This document shows, one piece after another, positions 11,585 to 22,894 of a stretch of DNA of 64,000 nucleotides (position 1 is the stretch's first letter; every line of letters starts with the position of its first letter). The notes under the pieces are model-generated. The model made no database searches. It saw only the letters and a program-made list of their open reading frames with translations, and was not told the DNA's origin. The stretch comes from Planktothrix sp. GU0601_MAG3. Lineage in GTDB: Bacteria; Cyanobacteriota; Cyanobacteriia; Cyanobacteriales; Microcoleaceae. A program made the translations under genes and the position numbers. Location of the stretch: assembly GCA_035193785.1 (NCBI GenBank), contig CP136572.1:1184001-1248000 (forward strand), in the 5' to 3' direction.

Positions 11585-11702
11585 AGCTTGTTGTTGGGAA
11601 AGTCCGGTGGGATTCCGTTACTGTGCCGCAACTGTAATCAAGGAAAAAATAATTGAATTTTGTCTTTTCAGCTTTTCCCTTGCGAGTCAGAATGCCAATT
11701 TC
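11585..11702 (+). promoter_or_regulatory. Cobalamin riboswitch upstream of cobG
   Basis: GGGAAAGTCCGGTG..ATTCCG..ACTGTGCCGCAACTGTAA and B12 box GAGTCAGAATGCC, preceded by a TGGTATAAT extended -10-like sequence and followed by cob genes. Confidence 0.88.
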
Positions 11703-11778
11703 AAGCAGTTTAAAATGGGATAGAAACACGGTTTTAAACTAATAGCAAAAAAATCGAGTTTCTCACTCATTCTCTGCG

Positions 11779-13239
11779 TTGCATGGAGAAAAAACAACTG
11801 TGAATTGGTTAGCTAAAGCAAATGTTTGTCCGGGATTATTTTATGGGACTCCCGCCCAAGATGGGTTTTTAATTCGCATCCGCACCCCCGGGGGATGGCT
11901 GAATGCTAAACAGGGGAAATTGATCGCCCAATTACTCAAAGTATGGGGAAGTGAAACCCTACAAGTCACAAACCGAGGGAATTTACAAATTAGGGCGGTA
12001 CAAACTTCCCCTAGTTTAGAAGTATTTCAAACCTTACAAAACCTCGGTTTAGCCGCATCTGATCCTCGGATAGATCACCTGCGAAATATTATGGCTAGTC
12101 CCACCGCCGGAATTGATCCTCAAGAATTAATTGATACTCGTCCATTGGTTCAAAAATTAGATTATTTTATTCAGAATCATCCCTCAATTATTGAACTTAG
12201 TCCTAAATTTGGTATCGGCATTGATGGTGGGGGAAAAGTGGGAATTGGAACCCGTTCTCCGATAGCTTGGGAACACCGTTATAATGAAATTCAACTCTGG
12301 GCAATTGCTATTGATGATCCTATCAATTCCACCTCTGATATTTACTTCCAGTTAGCCCTCGGAGGGAATAAAAATTTATATCCTACCCCAATATTAATTA
12401 AGCCAGAAAACTGTTTAGCTGTAGTAGCTGCTTTGGTTAAGGTTTATATTGATTATGTGCAGAAAAATCCATCCGCAACCGGGAAAAAACCCCGGATGAA
12501 ACACTTACTTAAAGATTGGGGTATAGAAGGTTATCTCAAAACAGTTAAGGCTAATTTAGAATATCCTTTAAATCTAATTATTGATGCAGAAAAAACGGTT
12601 TTAAAAACTTTAAATCCCCTACCCTCCCAACCCTATGCCCATTTAGGAATTCATCCCCAAAAACAAGCCGGATTATCCTATTTGGGTTTATCATTAAAAT
12701 TAGGAAAATTGACGGCGGATCAATTATTGGAATTAGTAGAAATCTCCGAAACCTTTGGTAGTGGTCAGTTACGCTTAACACCTTGGCAGACTATTTTAAT
12801 TCCCGATATTCCCAATCAAAAAATACCGGAATTATTACCCAAACTAACCCCATGGGGATTATCAAATTCTTTAGTTGATGCTGCAATTGTTGCCTGTGCG
12901 GGAAAACCCGGGTGTGCGGCGGCGGCAACGGAAACCCAAATCCATGCTTTAATATTAGGAGATTATCTTAAGGAACGGTTAACGCTGAATTCCCTAGTTA
13001 ATATTCATTTGACCGGTTGTAATAAATTATGCGCCCAACCGAGTCCGGCAGAAATTACACTTTTAGGAACAACAATTGAACAAAATGGCAAAATAGTTGA
13101 GGGGTATCAAGTTTATATTGGCAAGGGTCAAGACTCGTTAAATCATCAAGTTGGTGAGGGAAAACTGGTTGATATTCTTCCCTTAATTCAAAAAATTTGT
13201 GTTGATCTCAATCAGGACTTAGGAATGAAAAACCAATAA
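11779..13239 (+). CDS. cobG: Precorrin-3B synthase CobG (nitrite/sulfite reductase-like fold)
   Basis: CPGLF...AQDG.L.RIR.PGG, TNRGNLQIR, RLTPWQ, ACAGKPGC, HLTGCNKLCA; first gene of the cob cluster. Start may be GTG at 11800. Confidence 0.9.
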   Translation: MHGEKTTVNWLAKANVCPGLFYGTPAQDGFLIRIRTPGGWLNAKQGKLIAQLLKVWGSETLQVTNRGNLQIRAVQTSPSLEVFQTLQNLGLAASDPRIDHLRNIMASPTAGIDPQELIDTRPLVQKLDYFIQNHPSIIELSPKFGIGIDGGGKVGIGTRSPIAWEHRYNEIQLWAIAIDDPINSTSDIYFQLALGGNKNLYPTPILIKPENCLAVVAALVKVYIDYVQKNPSATGKKPRMKHLLKDWGIEGYLKTVKANLEYPLNLIIDAEKTVLKTLNPLPSQPYAHLGIHPQKQAGLSYLGLSLKLGKLTADQLLELVEISETFGSGQLRLTPWQTILIPDIPNQKIPELLPKLTPWGLSNSLVDAAIVACAGKPGCAAAATETQIHALILGDYLKERLTLNSLVNIHLTGCNKLCAQPSPAEITLLGTTIEQNGKIVEGYQVYIGKGQDSLNHQVGEGKLVDILPLIQKICVDLNQDLGMKNQ

Positions 13240-13316
13240 GGTGACTAATTGGGCAATAGTTTACCTTAGATAAAGGTTTCCAGGGTTTAATTGTGCAAGT
13301 TATTTATTTTTCATTC

Positions 13317-13408
13317 CTTACGCACAGAAACCGGGTTTTTTTACGAAAATACTTCGTGTGACCCACATATTATCTAAAAAACCCGGCTTCTCGGTCTCCA
13401 TAAGTCCT
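13317..13408. repeat. Short MITE-like repeat (CTTACGCA...TAAGTCCT) with AGAAACCGGGTTT / AAACCCGG palindromic arms
   Basis: Ends resemble those of the 11159-11525 element; internal arms shared with 21551-21634. Confidence 0.7.
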
Positions 13409-13456
13409 ATCAATAAAACCCAACCCGAATAATTTTTTAAACATCAAACAATTAAT

Positions 13457-14086
13457 ATGCTGGATTACCTGCGAAATGGTGACGATATTTATAGAAAATC
13501 CTTTGCGATGATTCGCGCTGAAACCCCCTTAGAAAATCTATCGGAGGATTTAGCTCATGTAGCCGTCCGTTTGATTCATGCCTGTGGAATGACCGATATT
13601 GTTCAGGATTTAGAAGCCTCATCCGATGCGGTAAAAATTGGACGGGATGCCCTAGCTAATGGTGCTAAAATTTTTTGTGATTCTCAGATGGTTGCCAATG
13701 GGATTACCCGTAAGAGATTACCTCAAAATAACCCGATTATTTGTACCCTGAATCATCCAGAGGTTCCCGAAATAGCCCATCAAATTAATAATACTAGATC
13801 GGCGGCGGCTTTAGAATTATGGCGACCGGATTTAGCCGGGGCTGTAGTTGCTATTGGTAATGCTCCCACGGCCCTATTTCGCTTACTAGAATTACTAGAT
13901 TTAGGAATAGCAAAACCCGCCCTAATTTTGGGTTTTCCCGTGGGATTTGTGGGGGCAGAAGAATCAAAAGCCGAATTAGCAGCCCATAGTCGCGGTGTTC
14001 CCTTTATCACCCTGCACGGGAGGCGGGGGGGGAGTGCGATCGCAGCCGCAGCAGTCAACGCTTTAGCAAAGGAAAACGAATTATGA
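13457..14086 (+). CDS. cobH: Precorrin-8X methylmutase CobH/CbiC
   Basis: IYRKSFAMIR.E, RLIHACG, TRSAAA, AIGNAPTALF, PVGFVGAEESK, GRRGGS. Confidence 0.96.
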   Translation: MLDYLRNGDDIYRKSFAMIRAETPLENLSEDLAHVAVRLIHACGMTDIVQDLEASSDAVKIGRDALANGAKIFCDSQMVANGITRKRLPQNNPIICTLNHPEVPEIAHQINNTRSAAALELWRPDLAGAVVAIGNAPTALFRLLELLDLGIAKPALILGFPVGFVGAEESKAELAAHSRGVPFITLHGRRGGSAIAAAAVNALAKENEL

Positions 14087-14787
14087 CCGGATTAGGACGA
14101 CTTTATGGACTGGGTATTGGCCCCGGAGATCCCGAATTACTCACCCTCAAGGCCCACCGAATTCTAACTACTGTCCCAGTAATTGCCTATCCGACCCTAG
14201 AAAATGGCAAGGTTTTGGCCCGGGCGATCGTGGCTGATTTTATTCGCCCCGATCAGATTGAAATTCCCATGCCCTTACCCTTCAGTGTGGAGCGCAGTTC
14301 CCAACCCTATTATGATATAGCCGCCGAAAAGATTGCCGAACAGTTGAGTCTGGGGCGAGATGTGGCGGTGCTCTGTGTGGGCGACCCGATGCTGTATGGC
14401 AGTTTTATGTATATCTTTAATCGCCTAGCGGGGCGGTTTGCCATTGAAGTTGTCCCCGGAATTTCTTCGGTGATGGCCAGTGCCGCCATGTTGGGCGTGC
14501 CGATCACCTATCGCAATGATGTTTTTAGCATTATGCCCGGGACATTGGAGGCGGAAATATTGCGCGATCGCCTTTCCAAAGTTGACGCGGCGGCTATTAT
14601 TAAATTAGGCCGACATTTTGCTAAAGTTCGGGATATTTTGCAGGAATTAGGGTTATTAAATCGCGCCCTTTATATCGAAAGAGCGACTTTACCAAATCAG
14701 AAAATTATTCCGATTACTGAAGTTGATCCCGAAGCCGTAACCTATTGGTCATTAATTTTAGTTCCGAGTATCACCCAACCCCAATGA
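14083..14787 (+). CDS. cobI: Precorrin-2 C20-methyltransferase CobI/CbiL
   Basis: GLGIGPGDPELLTLKA, GDPMLYGSF, VVPGISS; ATGA overlap with cobH. Confidence 0.95.
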   Translation: MTGLGRLYGLGIGPGDPELLTLKAHRILTTVPVIAYPTLENGKVLARAIVADFIRPDQIEIPMPLPFSVERSSQPYYDIAAEKIAEQLSLGRDVAVLCVGDPMLYGSFMYIFNRLAGRFAIEVVPGISSVMASAAMLGVPITYRNDVFSIMPGTLEAEILRDRLSKVDAAAIIKLGRHFAKVRDILQELGLLNRALYIERATLPNQKIIPITEVDPEAVTYWSLILVPSITQPQ

Positions 14788-16272
14788 AACCACCCGCTAT
14801 TATTATTCTAACAGAAACCAGTATAAAAGTTGCTCGGAAAATTCAAGAGGGCATCGGTTTCAGCCATGATTTATGGTTTAATTAATCGTACCCAATCGGC
14901 GGATTTAACCTATACTAATTTTGGGGAAACGGTGCGGGAATTATTCCAAACCGGAACACCGATAATTGGAGTTTGTGCGGCGGGAATTTTGATTCGGACA
15001 ATTGCGCCTTTATTAATTAATAAAAATACCGAACCTGCGGTTTTAGCGATCGCGGAAGATGGTAGTGCTGTTGTGCCTTTATTGGGAGGTTTACAAGGAG
15101 TTAATGATTTAGCCCGTCAAATTGCTTCAACCCTGAATATTTCCCCGGCAATTACCACCAGTGGCGAGATTAGATTTAAAACCACATTATTATCTCCCCC
15201 GGCGGGTTATCAATTAGTTAATCCCGATGATGCCAAAACTTTTATTGCCGATTTGTTAGCAGGGGAAACAGTAAAATTAATCGGTGAAGGCGACTGGTTA
15301 GAAAAAAGTCAGTTACCCTTTGCCACCGATGGAAAATTAACCATTGAGATTCGAGATCATAATAATTTAGAATTAGCAAAACCGAGTTTAAATTGTTTAG
15401 TTTATCTCTTAGATCAGGGAAACTCAACGGAGGAAAAAAAGGATTTTCACCCAACTATTCAAGGGGCAGAAAGCCCGATTTCCCCGCCAGAAACCGGGGT
15501 AAATCCGGGGAAATTAGCGATAGTGGGGACGGGGCCAGGTGCGGCCCGTTGGATGTCCCACCAAGTGCGAGAGGTACTGGAAACCGCAACGGATTGGGTG
15601 GGTTATAAAACCTATTTAGACTTAGTAGAATCCCTGCGGAAACCGGAAATTATTCGCCATGAATCGGACAATCGGGTGGAATTAGATCGGGCGGAAACGG
15701 CCTTAGATTTAGCTGCCCAAGGGCGGTCAGTGGTGGTAGTTTCTTCCGGTGATCCGGGGATTTATGCCATGGCATCGGCGGTGTTTGAGGTATTAGAAAA
15801 AAAGGCAAAACCGACATGGGAAACCGTGGAGATTCAGGTCTGTCCTGGGATTTCGGCGATGCAAGCGGCGGCGGCGAGTGTGGGTGCGCCCTTGGGACAT
15901 GATTTCTGTGCAATTTCGTTATCTGATATTCTCAAATCCTGGGAAACCATTGCTAGACGGATTGAGTTAGCAGCAGAAGCGGATTTAGCGATCGCATTTT
16001 ATAACCCGGTTTCTAAGGATCGGACTTGGCAACTTTCCCAGGCTAAAGAGATTTTATTAAAGTGGCGATCGCCCCAAACCCCTATTATTTTAGCCCATAA
16101 TTTAGGTCGAAAAGGGCAAACCGTGACGATCAAATTTCTGGAAGAATTAACCGTTGAAGATGCCGATATGCGCACGGTAATTTTAATCGGATCAAGTAAA
16201 ACTAGAATGATTCAGCAAGGAGATAAAAAGCTATGGGTTTATACCCCGCGTCACTATAGCAATCCGATTTGA
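14784..16272 (+). CDS. cobJ: CbiG-N / precorrin-3B C17-methyltransferase CobJ (CbiH) fusion (one +1 insertion near 5' end)
   Basis: ATG at 14784 overlaps the cobI stop; frame restored at 14857-14861. EPAVLAIAEDGSAVVPLLGG (CbiG-like), VSSGDPGIYAMA, LGHDFCAISLSD, YTPRHY. Confidence 0.92.
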
Positions 16273-16364
16273 TGGGTGTCCCAAATTTCTGATTAATCGG
16301 GAATGGGCAATAAATAATAGGATTAATCTTGAGCTCAAATTCAAAAAATTACATGAGTTTTACC

Positions 16365-18079
16365 ATGCTAGATGAAATCATTAATCTTCAAAATGCAATT
16401 ATTCCTATTTGTGCGATCGTAACGCCGGATACGCCTCTGTTGGAAGCATTAATGATCATGAATCAAACCCATACAAAACAATGCTTAATCCCCGAATTAT
16501 CCCATCCGACTGAAAACTCAATTTTTTATTCTCAGCCCCCCGGATGTCTATTGGTAATGGAAGATGAAAAATTAGTGGGCATTTTAACCGAAAGAGATAC
16601 GGTAAAATTAGCTGTCCAAGCGGAAAATCTGTCTCAAATAACGGTTAAACAGATTATGACACAACCCGTAATTACCTTAAACCGTGAAGAATTTACGGAT
16701 GTATTTGTGGTTTCATAATATGATGCGTCGTTTTCAAATTCGTCACTTACCGATTCTGAATGAACAGAAACAAGTTTTAGGGTTAATCACATTAAGCAGC
16801 TTGCGACAGGTTTTAAATCATCACCATTTTTTGAGGTTTCGCCAAGTTTCAGAAGTGATGACTCGTCAGGTTATTACAGTTGATCCCTTAACTTCTATCC
16901 GTGAAATTGCTACGATTTTAGCCCAATATAATATTAGTTGTATTGTGGTTGTGGTTGAACAAGAAGGCACATTCTACCCCGTCGGAATTGTCACCGAACG
17001 AGATATTTTACAACTGCAAGCCTTGGAACTCAATTTACAAAATCTCGCCGCCGAAGCGGTGATGAGTTCTCCTATATTTTCAATTCAATCTACAGACCCT
17101 CTATCAACAGCACAACAAATTTTACAAAAACATAAAATCCGCAGGTTAGTAGTTGTCAATGAACAGGGAGAATTACAAGGAATTATCACCGAAAGTAATT
17201 TAGTTCAGGTTTTAGATCCTTTAGAACTCTATGGGATTTTAGAAATATTAGAACGAAAAGTCAATCAATTAGAAGAATCCCGGATTTCATTGCTCAAAAA
17301 ACAAGATTTTGAACTCGTTCAAGCCTTAGAAAATCAAGAGTTTAGTCTTTACTATCAACCTCAAATTGATTTAAAAACCGGAGAAATTGTTGGTGCAGAA
17401 GCATTAATTCGGTGGATATCTCCTGAAAAGGGGAATATTTCGCCGATTGAATTTATCCCGATTGCTGAAAATACAGGTTTGATTGTGCCTTTAGGGAAAT
17501 GGGTATTAAAAACGGCTTGCACCCAAGCGGTTGCTTGGAAACAAGTGGGACTTCCGGCCCTGGAAATTGCAGTTAATATTTCGGCTCAACAGCTTGAAGA
17601 TGATAATTTCGTATCCGATGTGATATCAATATTAACACAAACAGGTTTAGAACCCCAACGATTAAAATTAGAATTAACCGAAAGTGTGCTAGTTCATAAT
17701 ATTAATTTAACCTTAGAAAAATTTAAACAGTTACAGGAATTAGGCATCGAAATTGCCATTGATGATTTTGGCACGGGTTATGCCTCTTTAAGTTATATTC
17801 AAAACTTTTTATTTGATGTTTTAAAAATTGATCGCTGTTTTATTAAGGATATTATGCAAAATCATAAAAATTCAGCGATTGTTTCCGCGATTATCCGACT
17901 AGCCCGTCAACTGAATTTTAAAGTCATTGCTGAAGGGGTAGAAACGGAGTTAGAAACGAGAGTTTTTAACCCAACAAGGTTGTGATTTTATTCAAGGGTA
18001 TTTGATTAGTCCTCCTCTGCCCTTTGAGCAATTCTGTGATTTTTATTTCCGCTATTCTGAGAAAATCAAACAGACTTAA
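16365..18079 (+). CDS. CBS-domain EAL c-di-GMP phosphodiesterase (two +1 insertions)
   Basis: Four CBS repeats (GILTERD, RHLPI, GIVTERD, RRLVV), then YYQPQ, EALIRW, ELTES, IDDFGTGY, LKIDR, AEGVE. Corrected tail reads QGCDFIQGYL. Confidence 0.9.
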
Positions 18080-18687
18080 ATCTCTCCAGTTTCTCCCAAA
18101 TATCGGGTTAAATAGGGAGAAAAAACCTCGTAAATCAGGGTTAAGGGTTTGCCATGATGCCAGAATAAATAATGACGTCCCCAAAACGGCCCGGATTCTC
18201 CAAAGGCTAATTCTAAGGCTTTGCTATCCCCATAATAAATTCCCTGCACGTCTCGATAAAGTTCCGTTCGCAACCGTGCTAAACTCGCCCAGATGGGCAA
18301 AGATCGGTTTTGTAAATATTCATCAACGTGACTGGCTTCCCACCAAGATGTGGCGTAGGCTAACCGTTGTCCCGATGCGGTTCTTAACCAGACTTGACGG
18401 CGGACACGGGGGCCAGGAACCGCTAAAATCTGGTCTGGGGCGTTATCCGTGCTCAAACCAATGGCCGACATATCAATCACATCAACCTCCGTGGGTTCCC
18501 CCGTCAACAGTTGTAAATGTCGAGTTGGGGAACCATCCCCTAACATTAAAATTTGCCAAGGGGGAGAGAGTTGACTATGGGGTAGTCCTTGTTTCACAAT
18601 GGCTTCATCCCCCTGCCATCGACACTTAAGACGATGCCAAGCAGTGGGTTGAGCAACGGGTTCTAGTCTTCTAATACTAACAGTCAA
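18076..18687 (-). CDS. Chorismate lyase (Ycf21/UbiC-like, DUF98)
   Basis: LGDGSPTRHLQLLTG, RRQVWL, LAYATSWW, LIYEVFSP. Confidence 0.88.
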   Translation of the reverse strand: MTVSIRRLEPVAQPTAWHRLKCRWQGDEAIVKQGLPHSQLSPPWQILMLGDGSPTRHLQLLTGEPTEVDVIDMSAIGLSTDNAPDQILAVPGPRVRRQVWLRTASGQRLAYATSWWEASHVDEYLQNRSLPIWASLARLRTELYRDVQGIYYGDSKALELAFGESGPFWGRHYLFWHHGKPLTLIYEVFSPYLTRYLGETGEI

Positions 18688-18775
18688 GGCTCTTTACAAA
18701 ACTTAATGTATATTTATTGTTTATGATAGCGCAACAATTGTCATCTGTCGGGTTTCAAGTTTTAGGGATTAGTTT

Positions 18776-19258
18776 ATGAATGACGTTTTAAAAGAGGTTA
18801 CAATTTATACCGATGGAGCCTGTCGTGGCAATCCAGGGCCAGGGGGATATGGCGTGGTCTTAATGTCTGGCCTCCACCGCAAGGAATTATCGGGGGGATA
18901 TCAACTCACGACTAATAATCGGATGGAATTAATGGCGGCAATTATAGGATTAGAAGCCTTAAAATTTCCCTGTGCGGTTAATTTATATACGGATTCTAGT
19001 TATTTAGTTGATGCGATGAATAAAGGATGGGCGAGGAAATGGCAGAAAAATAATTGGCAACGTAGTCAAAAAGAATCGGCTAAAAATCCCGATTTGTGGG
19101 AAAGATTACTCAAGATATCCGAACAACATCAAGTTCGATTTTTTTGGGTGAAAGGTCATTCAGGAGATGAGGAAAATGAATGTTGCGATCGCTTGGCTGT
19201 AAAGGCTGCTCAACAACCTGATTTACTCCCGGATTTGGGTTATTCACAAGAGAATTAA
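18776..19258 (+). CDS. rnhA: Ribonuclease HI
   Basis: [38 protein letters not shown]...NE.CD.LA. Confidence 0.97.
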   Translation: MNDVLKEVTIYTDGACRGNPGPGGYGVVLMSGLHRKELSGGYQLTTNNRMELMAAIIGLEALKFPCAVNLYTDSSYLVDAMNKGWARKWQKNNWQRSQKESAKNPDLWERLLKISEQHQVRFFWVKGHSGDEENECCDRLAVKAAQQPDLLPDLGYSQEN

Positions 19259-19351
19259 TCCCATTAATTTAGATTCAATTAAATCGAGATGGAGTGACAT
19301 TTTATCCAGATTTGATATAATTATATTTGTCAGTTCTGCAAAGGCGAATCA

Positions 19352-19901
19352 ATGAATATGGCGATCGCAACTTTAACCGAAACTGAAACCTTTTCCCTAG
19401 AAGACTTTATGGCAAATCCCCCCGATCATCAAGAGTGGGTGGATGGACAACTGGTGGAGAAAACCGGAATGACAATCAAACATAGTCGGATTCAATGTCG
19501 GTTAGGTCGTTATTGGGGGAATTATGCGATTGAATCTGGACAAGGGGGAGATGCTTATACAGAAACTTCCCTGTCGCACCTTAAAACAAGGGAGACGTCC
19601 TGATGTTTCCTATCTCACACCGGAATTATTAACAGAATTTGGGGAGTTTCCCACCTTACCCCAAAGTCCTCCCCTTCTGGCTGAAATTGCGTCTCCCAGT
19701 GATGCGGCGGAGGATTTATTTGCTAAAGCTAGTGAATATTTAGAGTCCGGTTGTCAGGAAGTGTGGTTAGTTTTTCCCGAAAATCATCGAGTTTTAATTA
19801 TTACTGAAAATCAAACCTGGGCGTTTAAATCCGGTGATATTATTAATACACAAATTATTTTATTAGGATTTAGTATTGAAATCAATAAATTATTCGGTTA
19901 A
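19352..19901 (+). CDS. Uma2-family endonuclease (one +1 insertion)
   Basis: EWVDGQL, RRPDVSY, AEIASPSD, EYLESGCQEVWLV; ORFs join at 19562-19566. Confidence 0.9.
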
Positions 19902-19906
19902 CTTTC

Positions 19907-19953
19907 GTAGTAAGCCCTTCAGGGCTTTATGAGAGTCCTAAAGGACTCACTAC
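19907..19953. repeat. GTAG-type REP-like doublet
   Basis: GTAGTAAGCCCTTCAGGGCTT...GAGTCCTAAAGGACTCACTAC; the left arm recurs exactly at about 28204-28224. Confidence 0.75.
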
Positions 19954-19982
19954 CTTCTATGATAATTAGAAAATCAAAACCC

Positions 19983-20055
19983 ATGACCCAATTAACCTTA
20001 AATTTAGAAACTATTGATCTGACGGATGAACAATTTTTTCAACTTTTTCAGAATA
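19983..20055 (+). pseudogene. 5' remnant of a second Uma2-family gene
   Basis: Translates MTQLTLNLETIDLTDEQFFQLFQN, a typical cyanobacterial Uma2 N-terminus, then loses similarity at a TTGCGC-TTCA-GCGCAA hairpin. Confidence 0.65.
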
Positions 20056-20115
20056 GTTGTTGCGCTTCAGCGCAATCAGAAGACTATAATAAAAACAATG
20101 TTTAGGGATCAATAA

Positions 20116-21520
20116 ATGACTTGGAATCCAGGAAAAGAGTTAAATAATGGTAAGTATAGAATTGAAGAGCAGATCGGGCGAGGAGGCTTTTCTGTAACCT
20201 ACAAAGCACTACACCTAAAATTAAACGATTCGGTTGTTATTAAAACCCCAAATGATGACCTAATTAAAGATGTAAATTATAGTAAGTATACAGTTGCATT
20301 TATTAAAGAAGCTCAAATCTTAAAAAAATTACCTCAAAATCTTAATATTGTTCAAGTAACAGATTTATTTGATGAAGAAGATGAAGAGTTTTTTATTCCC
20401 TGTATTGTCATGGACTTAGTTCCTGGTGAAAGTTTGAAGGATATAGTTAAGAGTCAAAAGAATCTTTCTGAAGAAGTTGCTTTAAAATATATCTTTAAAA
20501 TAGGTGAAGCCTTAGATCTTCTTCATCAAAATGGATTTGTTCATCGAGATGTTCATCCTGGCAATATTATCATTAGTGATAAGGATAAACCCATATTAAT
20601 TGATTTGGGACTAGCAATAGAAATTTCACCTCAGAGCTTAGACTTGAATAATTATGGTCATCCTCAGTTTATTGCTCCTGAACAAAAGCAAGGAAATTGT
20701 CAACCGACCATCGATATATATGCTTTAGCTGCAACTTTATATTATCTCGTTACAGGTAAATATGCACAAGAAAGCCCTGAAAAACGAGAGTTAATTAAAA
20801 AAATAAAAGTACCAAAAAGCTTAAACCGTGCAATTAGTAATGCTGTTAGTAAAGCTATTTTGAAAGGCTTAGAATTGAACTCTAGTGATCGTCCCCAATC
20901 TATGCAGGAATGGCTAAAAATGCTAGGAAGCGATCAGACTTTTTCTGTTATTGAAACTAGATCTAAGCCGATTGAATTACTTTCGGTCTGTGGAATTGAT
21001 TATCGAAACTTAGAAACGGTTCTTAAAAACTAAAAATTGGTATGCTGCGGATTGGGAAACAACAGAAATCATGTGTAAAATTATGGGGGAAAATAATAAA
21101 GGTAAACTCCAAGTTACTGATGTTATCAGCTTTCCCTCACAAGACATCAAAACCATTAATCAACTTTGGTCATCTTATAGTGATAATAAATTTGGTTTTA
21201 CTACACAAAAGAGAATTTATCGAGAGTTAGGAGGTACTTCTACTTATGATGAACAAGTCTGGAAAGAATTTTGTCAGCGTGTAGGGGAGTGGAAATTAAA
21301 CTATGGCTGGTTTTCTTTCTCTTTCAATAAAATTAATGAAAGTCCCGATGCTCCTTTAGGACATTTACCAATTTTGATGTATTTACCTGAATTATGGTTT
21401 TTAGAAAGTCCATCCAGAGTTATACCAGTTTATAGGAAATTAGCGCTCAGTATAGTTAATCAAAGTTTTATGGGATATGGCTATTTTTGGGCAACGTTAC
21501 TGTCTCGCGATGATTTATAG
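20116..21520 (+). CDS. Ser/Thr protein kinase with C-terminal GUN4-like domain (one +1 insertion)
   Basis: IGRGGFSVTYKA, VVIK, HRDVHPGNI, LIDLG, APE; after correction GIDYRNLERFLKTKNWYAADWET...LWSSYSDNKFGF..QKRIY...GHLP. Confidence 0.88.
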
Positions 21521-21550
21521 CAGTGTGCAAAACATTATATTCAAGCAACA

Positions 21551-21634
21551 CAGAAACCGGGTTTCTAAAAAAATCTTTATTCTATCCCAAAGTTGTTGTC
21601 AGAAACCCGGTTTCTTGGAGTGGTGCGTAAGTCT
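21551..21634. repeat. MITE-like repeat with AGAAACCGGGTTTCT / AGAAACCCGGTTTCT arms and TGCGTAAGTC end
   Basis: Direct inspection; same family as 13317-13408. Confidence 0.75.
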
Positions 21635-21697
21635 AAAAAAAATAAGGTGAGTTATAACTTGCGTAAACCCACCTAAAAATCAATATTGAATTAAAGA

Positions 21698-22649
21698 TTA
21701 ACCATTCAAAGCTTCTGCGCCACCAACCACTTCCAGAAGTTCCTGGGTAATGGAAGCCTGACGAGCTTTGTTGTAGGATAGGGTCAGGGATTTAATTAAA
21801 TCTCCAGCATTTTCACTGGCATTACTCATCGCCGTCATCCGGGCGGCTAATTCACTAGCAATAGATTCTTGCCAAGCGCGTAACAATTGGTTAGTTAAAA
21901 ACAAAGGTAATAACGCATCCAAAATCTGAGCGGGATCTTGTTCAAAAATCATGTCTCTGGGTAAATCCGTGAGAGTATTTTTGACTTTCTCCCGTGAGAC
22001 TTCAAATTGACCATTTTTAGTTGTCAAACGGAAAATCTCATCATCTTGGGGTTCCAACCCTTGAGGATCAAGGGGTAACAGGGTTTGAATCACCGGACGA
22101 GAAGCAATTAACGAAACAAATTTCGTATAAATTAACTCAATCCGATCCAATTCCCCGGATAAAAATAAAGCCAAAAGATTTTCCGCAGAATCCTGGACTC
22201 TTTCTAAAACCGGATTTTTCTCTGGGTTTTCCACCGTAACGCGGATAGGAGTATCCCGTCTTTGGAAATATTGAATCGCTTTGCGTCCTACTAATAAATA
22301 GGTGCATTCAATTCCTTCAGCTTGCAACTCTTGGGCGCGAGTTTCAGCCCTTTTAATCACGCTACTATTATAAGTCCCACACAAGCCCCGATTACCAGCA
22401 ATTACCAGTAATCCGACTTTTTTCACTTCCCGTTGTTTGAGCAGGGGTAAATCCGCTTCTTCAAATTTCAAACGGGATTGTAACCCATAAAGAATTCCGG
22501 CCAATCGATCAGCAAAAGGGCGGGAAGCCAAGACTTGTTTCTTGGGCACGACGCACTTTAGCCGAAGCAACTAGACGCATCGCTTCTGTGATTTTTTTTG
22601 TATTTTTAACCGAATCAATGCGATCACGGATCGCTTTTAAATTTGACAT
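21698..22649 (-). CDS. atpG: ATP synthase F1 gamma subunit (cyanobacterial atpC); one +1 insertion
   Basis: [27 protein letters not shown]..., [27 protein letters not shown]; join at 22537-22541. Confidence 0.97.
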
Positions 22650-22661
22650 AGTTTTGTCAGT

Positions 22662-22777
22662 TATAGCAGGGAACAGGGAACACCGGATCTGGCTGTGTCG
22701 TGAGTCGTGAGCCAGTGGAACGAGAACAGGTTGGCTGCATCAGTCTTTGTCAAACACCTTTGGGCGCGACTGCTATA
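22662..22777. repeat. Small TATAGCAG...CTGCTATA inverted-repeat element between atpA and the gamma-subunit gene
   Basis: 8-bp terminal inverted repeat with an internal GGGAACA heptamer duplication. Confidence 0.6.
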
Positions 22778-22794
22778 TCACCTAAAAATTAAAG

Positions 22795-22893
22795 AGTCAA
22801 CAGTGAACAGTATCTTAACTCTTACACTGATAACCGTTAACTCTTACACTGATAACTGTTAACTGATAACTGATAAATGATGACTGTTAACTA
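22795..22893. repeat. Heptamer short tandem repeats (ACTGATA/ACTGTTA, STRR-like)
   Basis: actgataactgttaactgataactgataaatgatgactgttaac. Confidence 0.75.
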
Positions 22894-22894
22894 A

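Noticed and set aside
11526..11723. 65-aa ORF upstream of cobG
   Set aside because: Overlaps the IS-like end and the cobalamin riboswitch; TTG start without RBS.
18024..18629. 201-aa plus-strand ORF and similar antisense ORFs (e.g. 4273-4758, 32106-32621, 47585-47932)
   Set aside because: Shadows of well-supported genes on the opposite strand, with no recognisable motifs.
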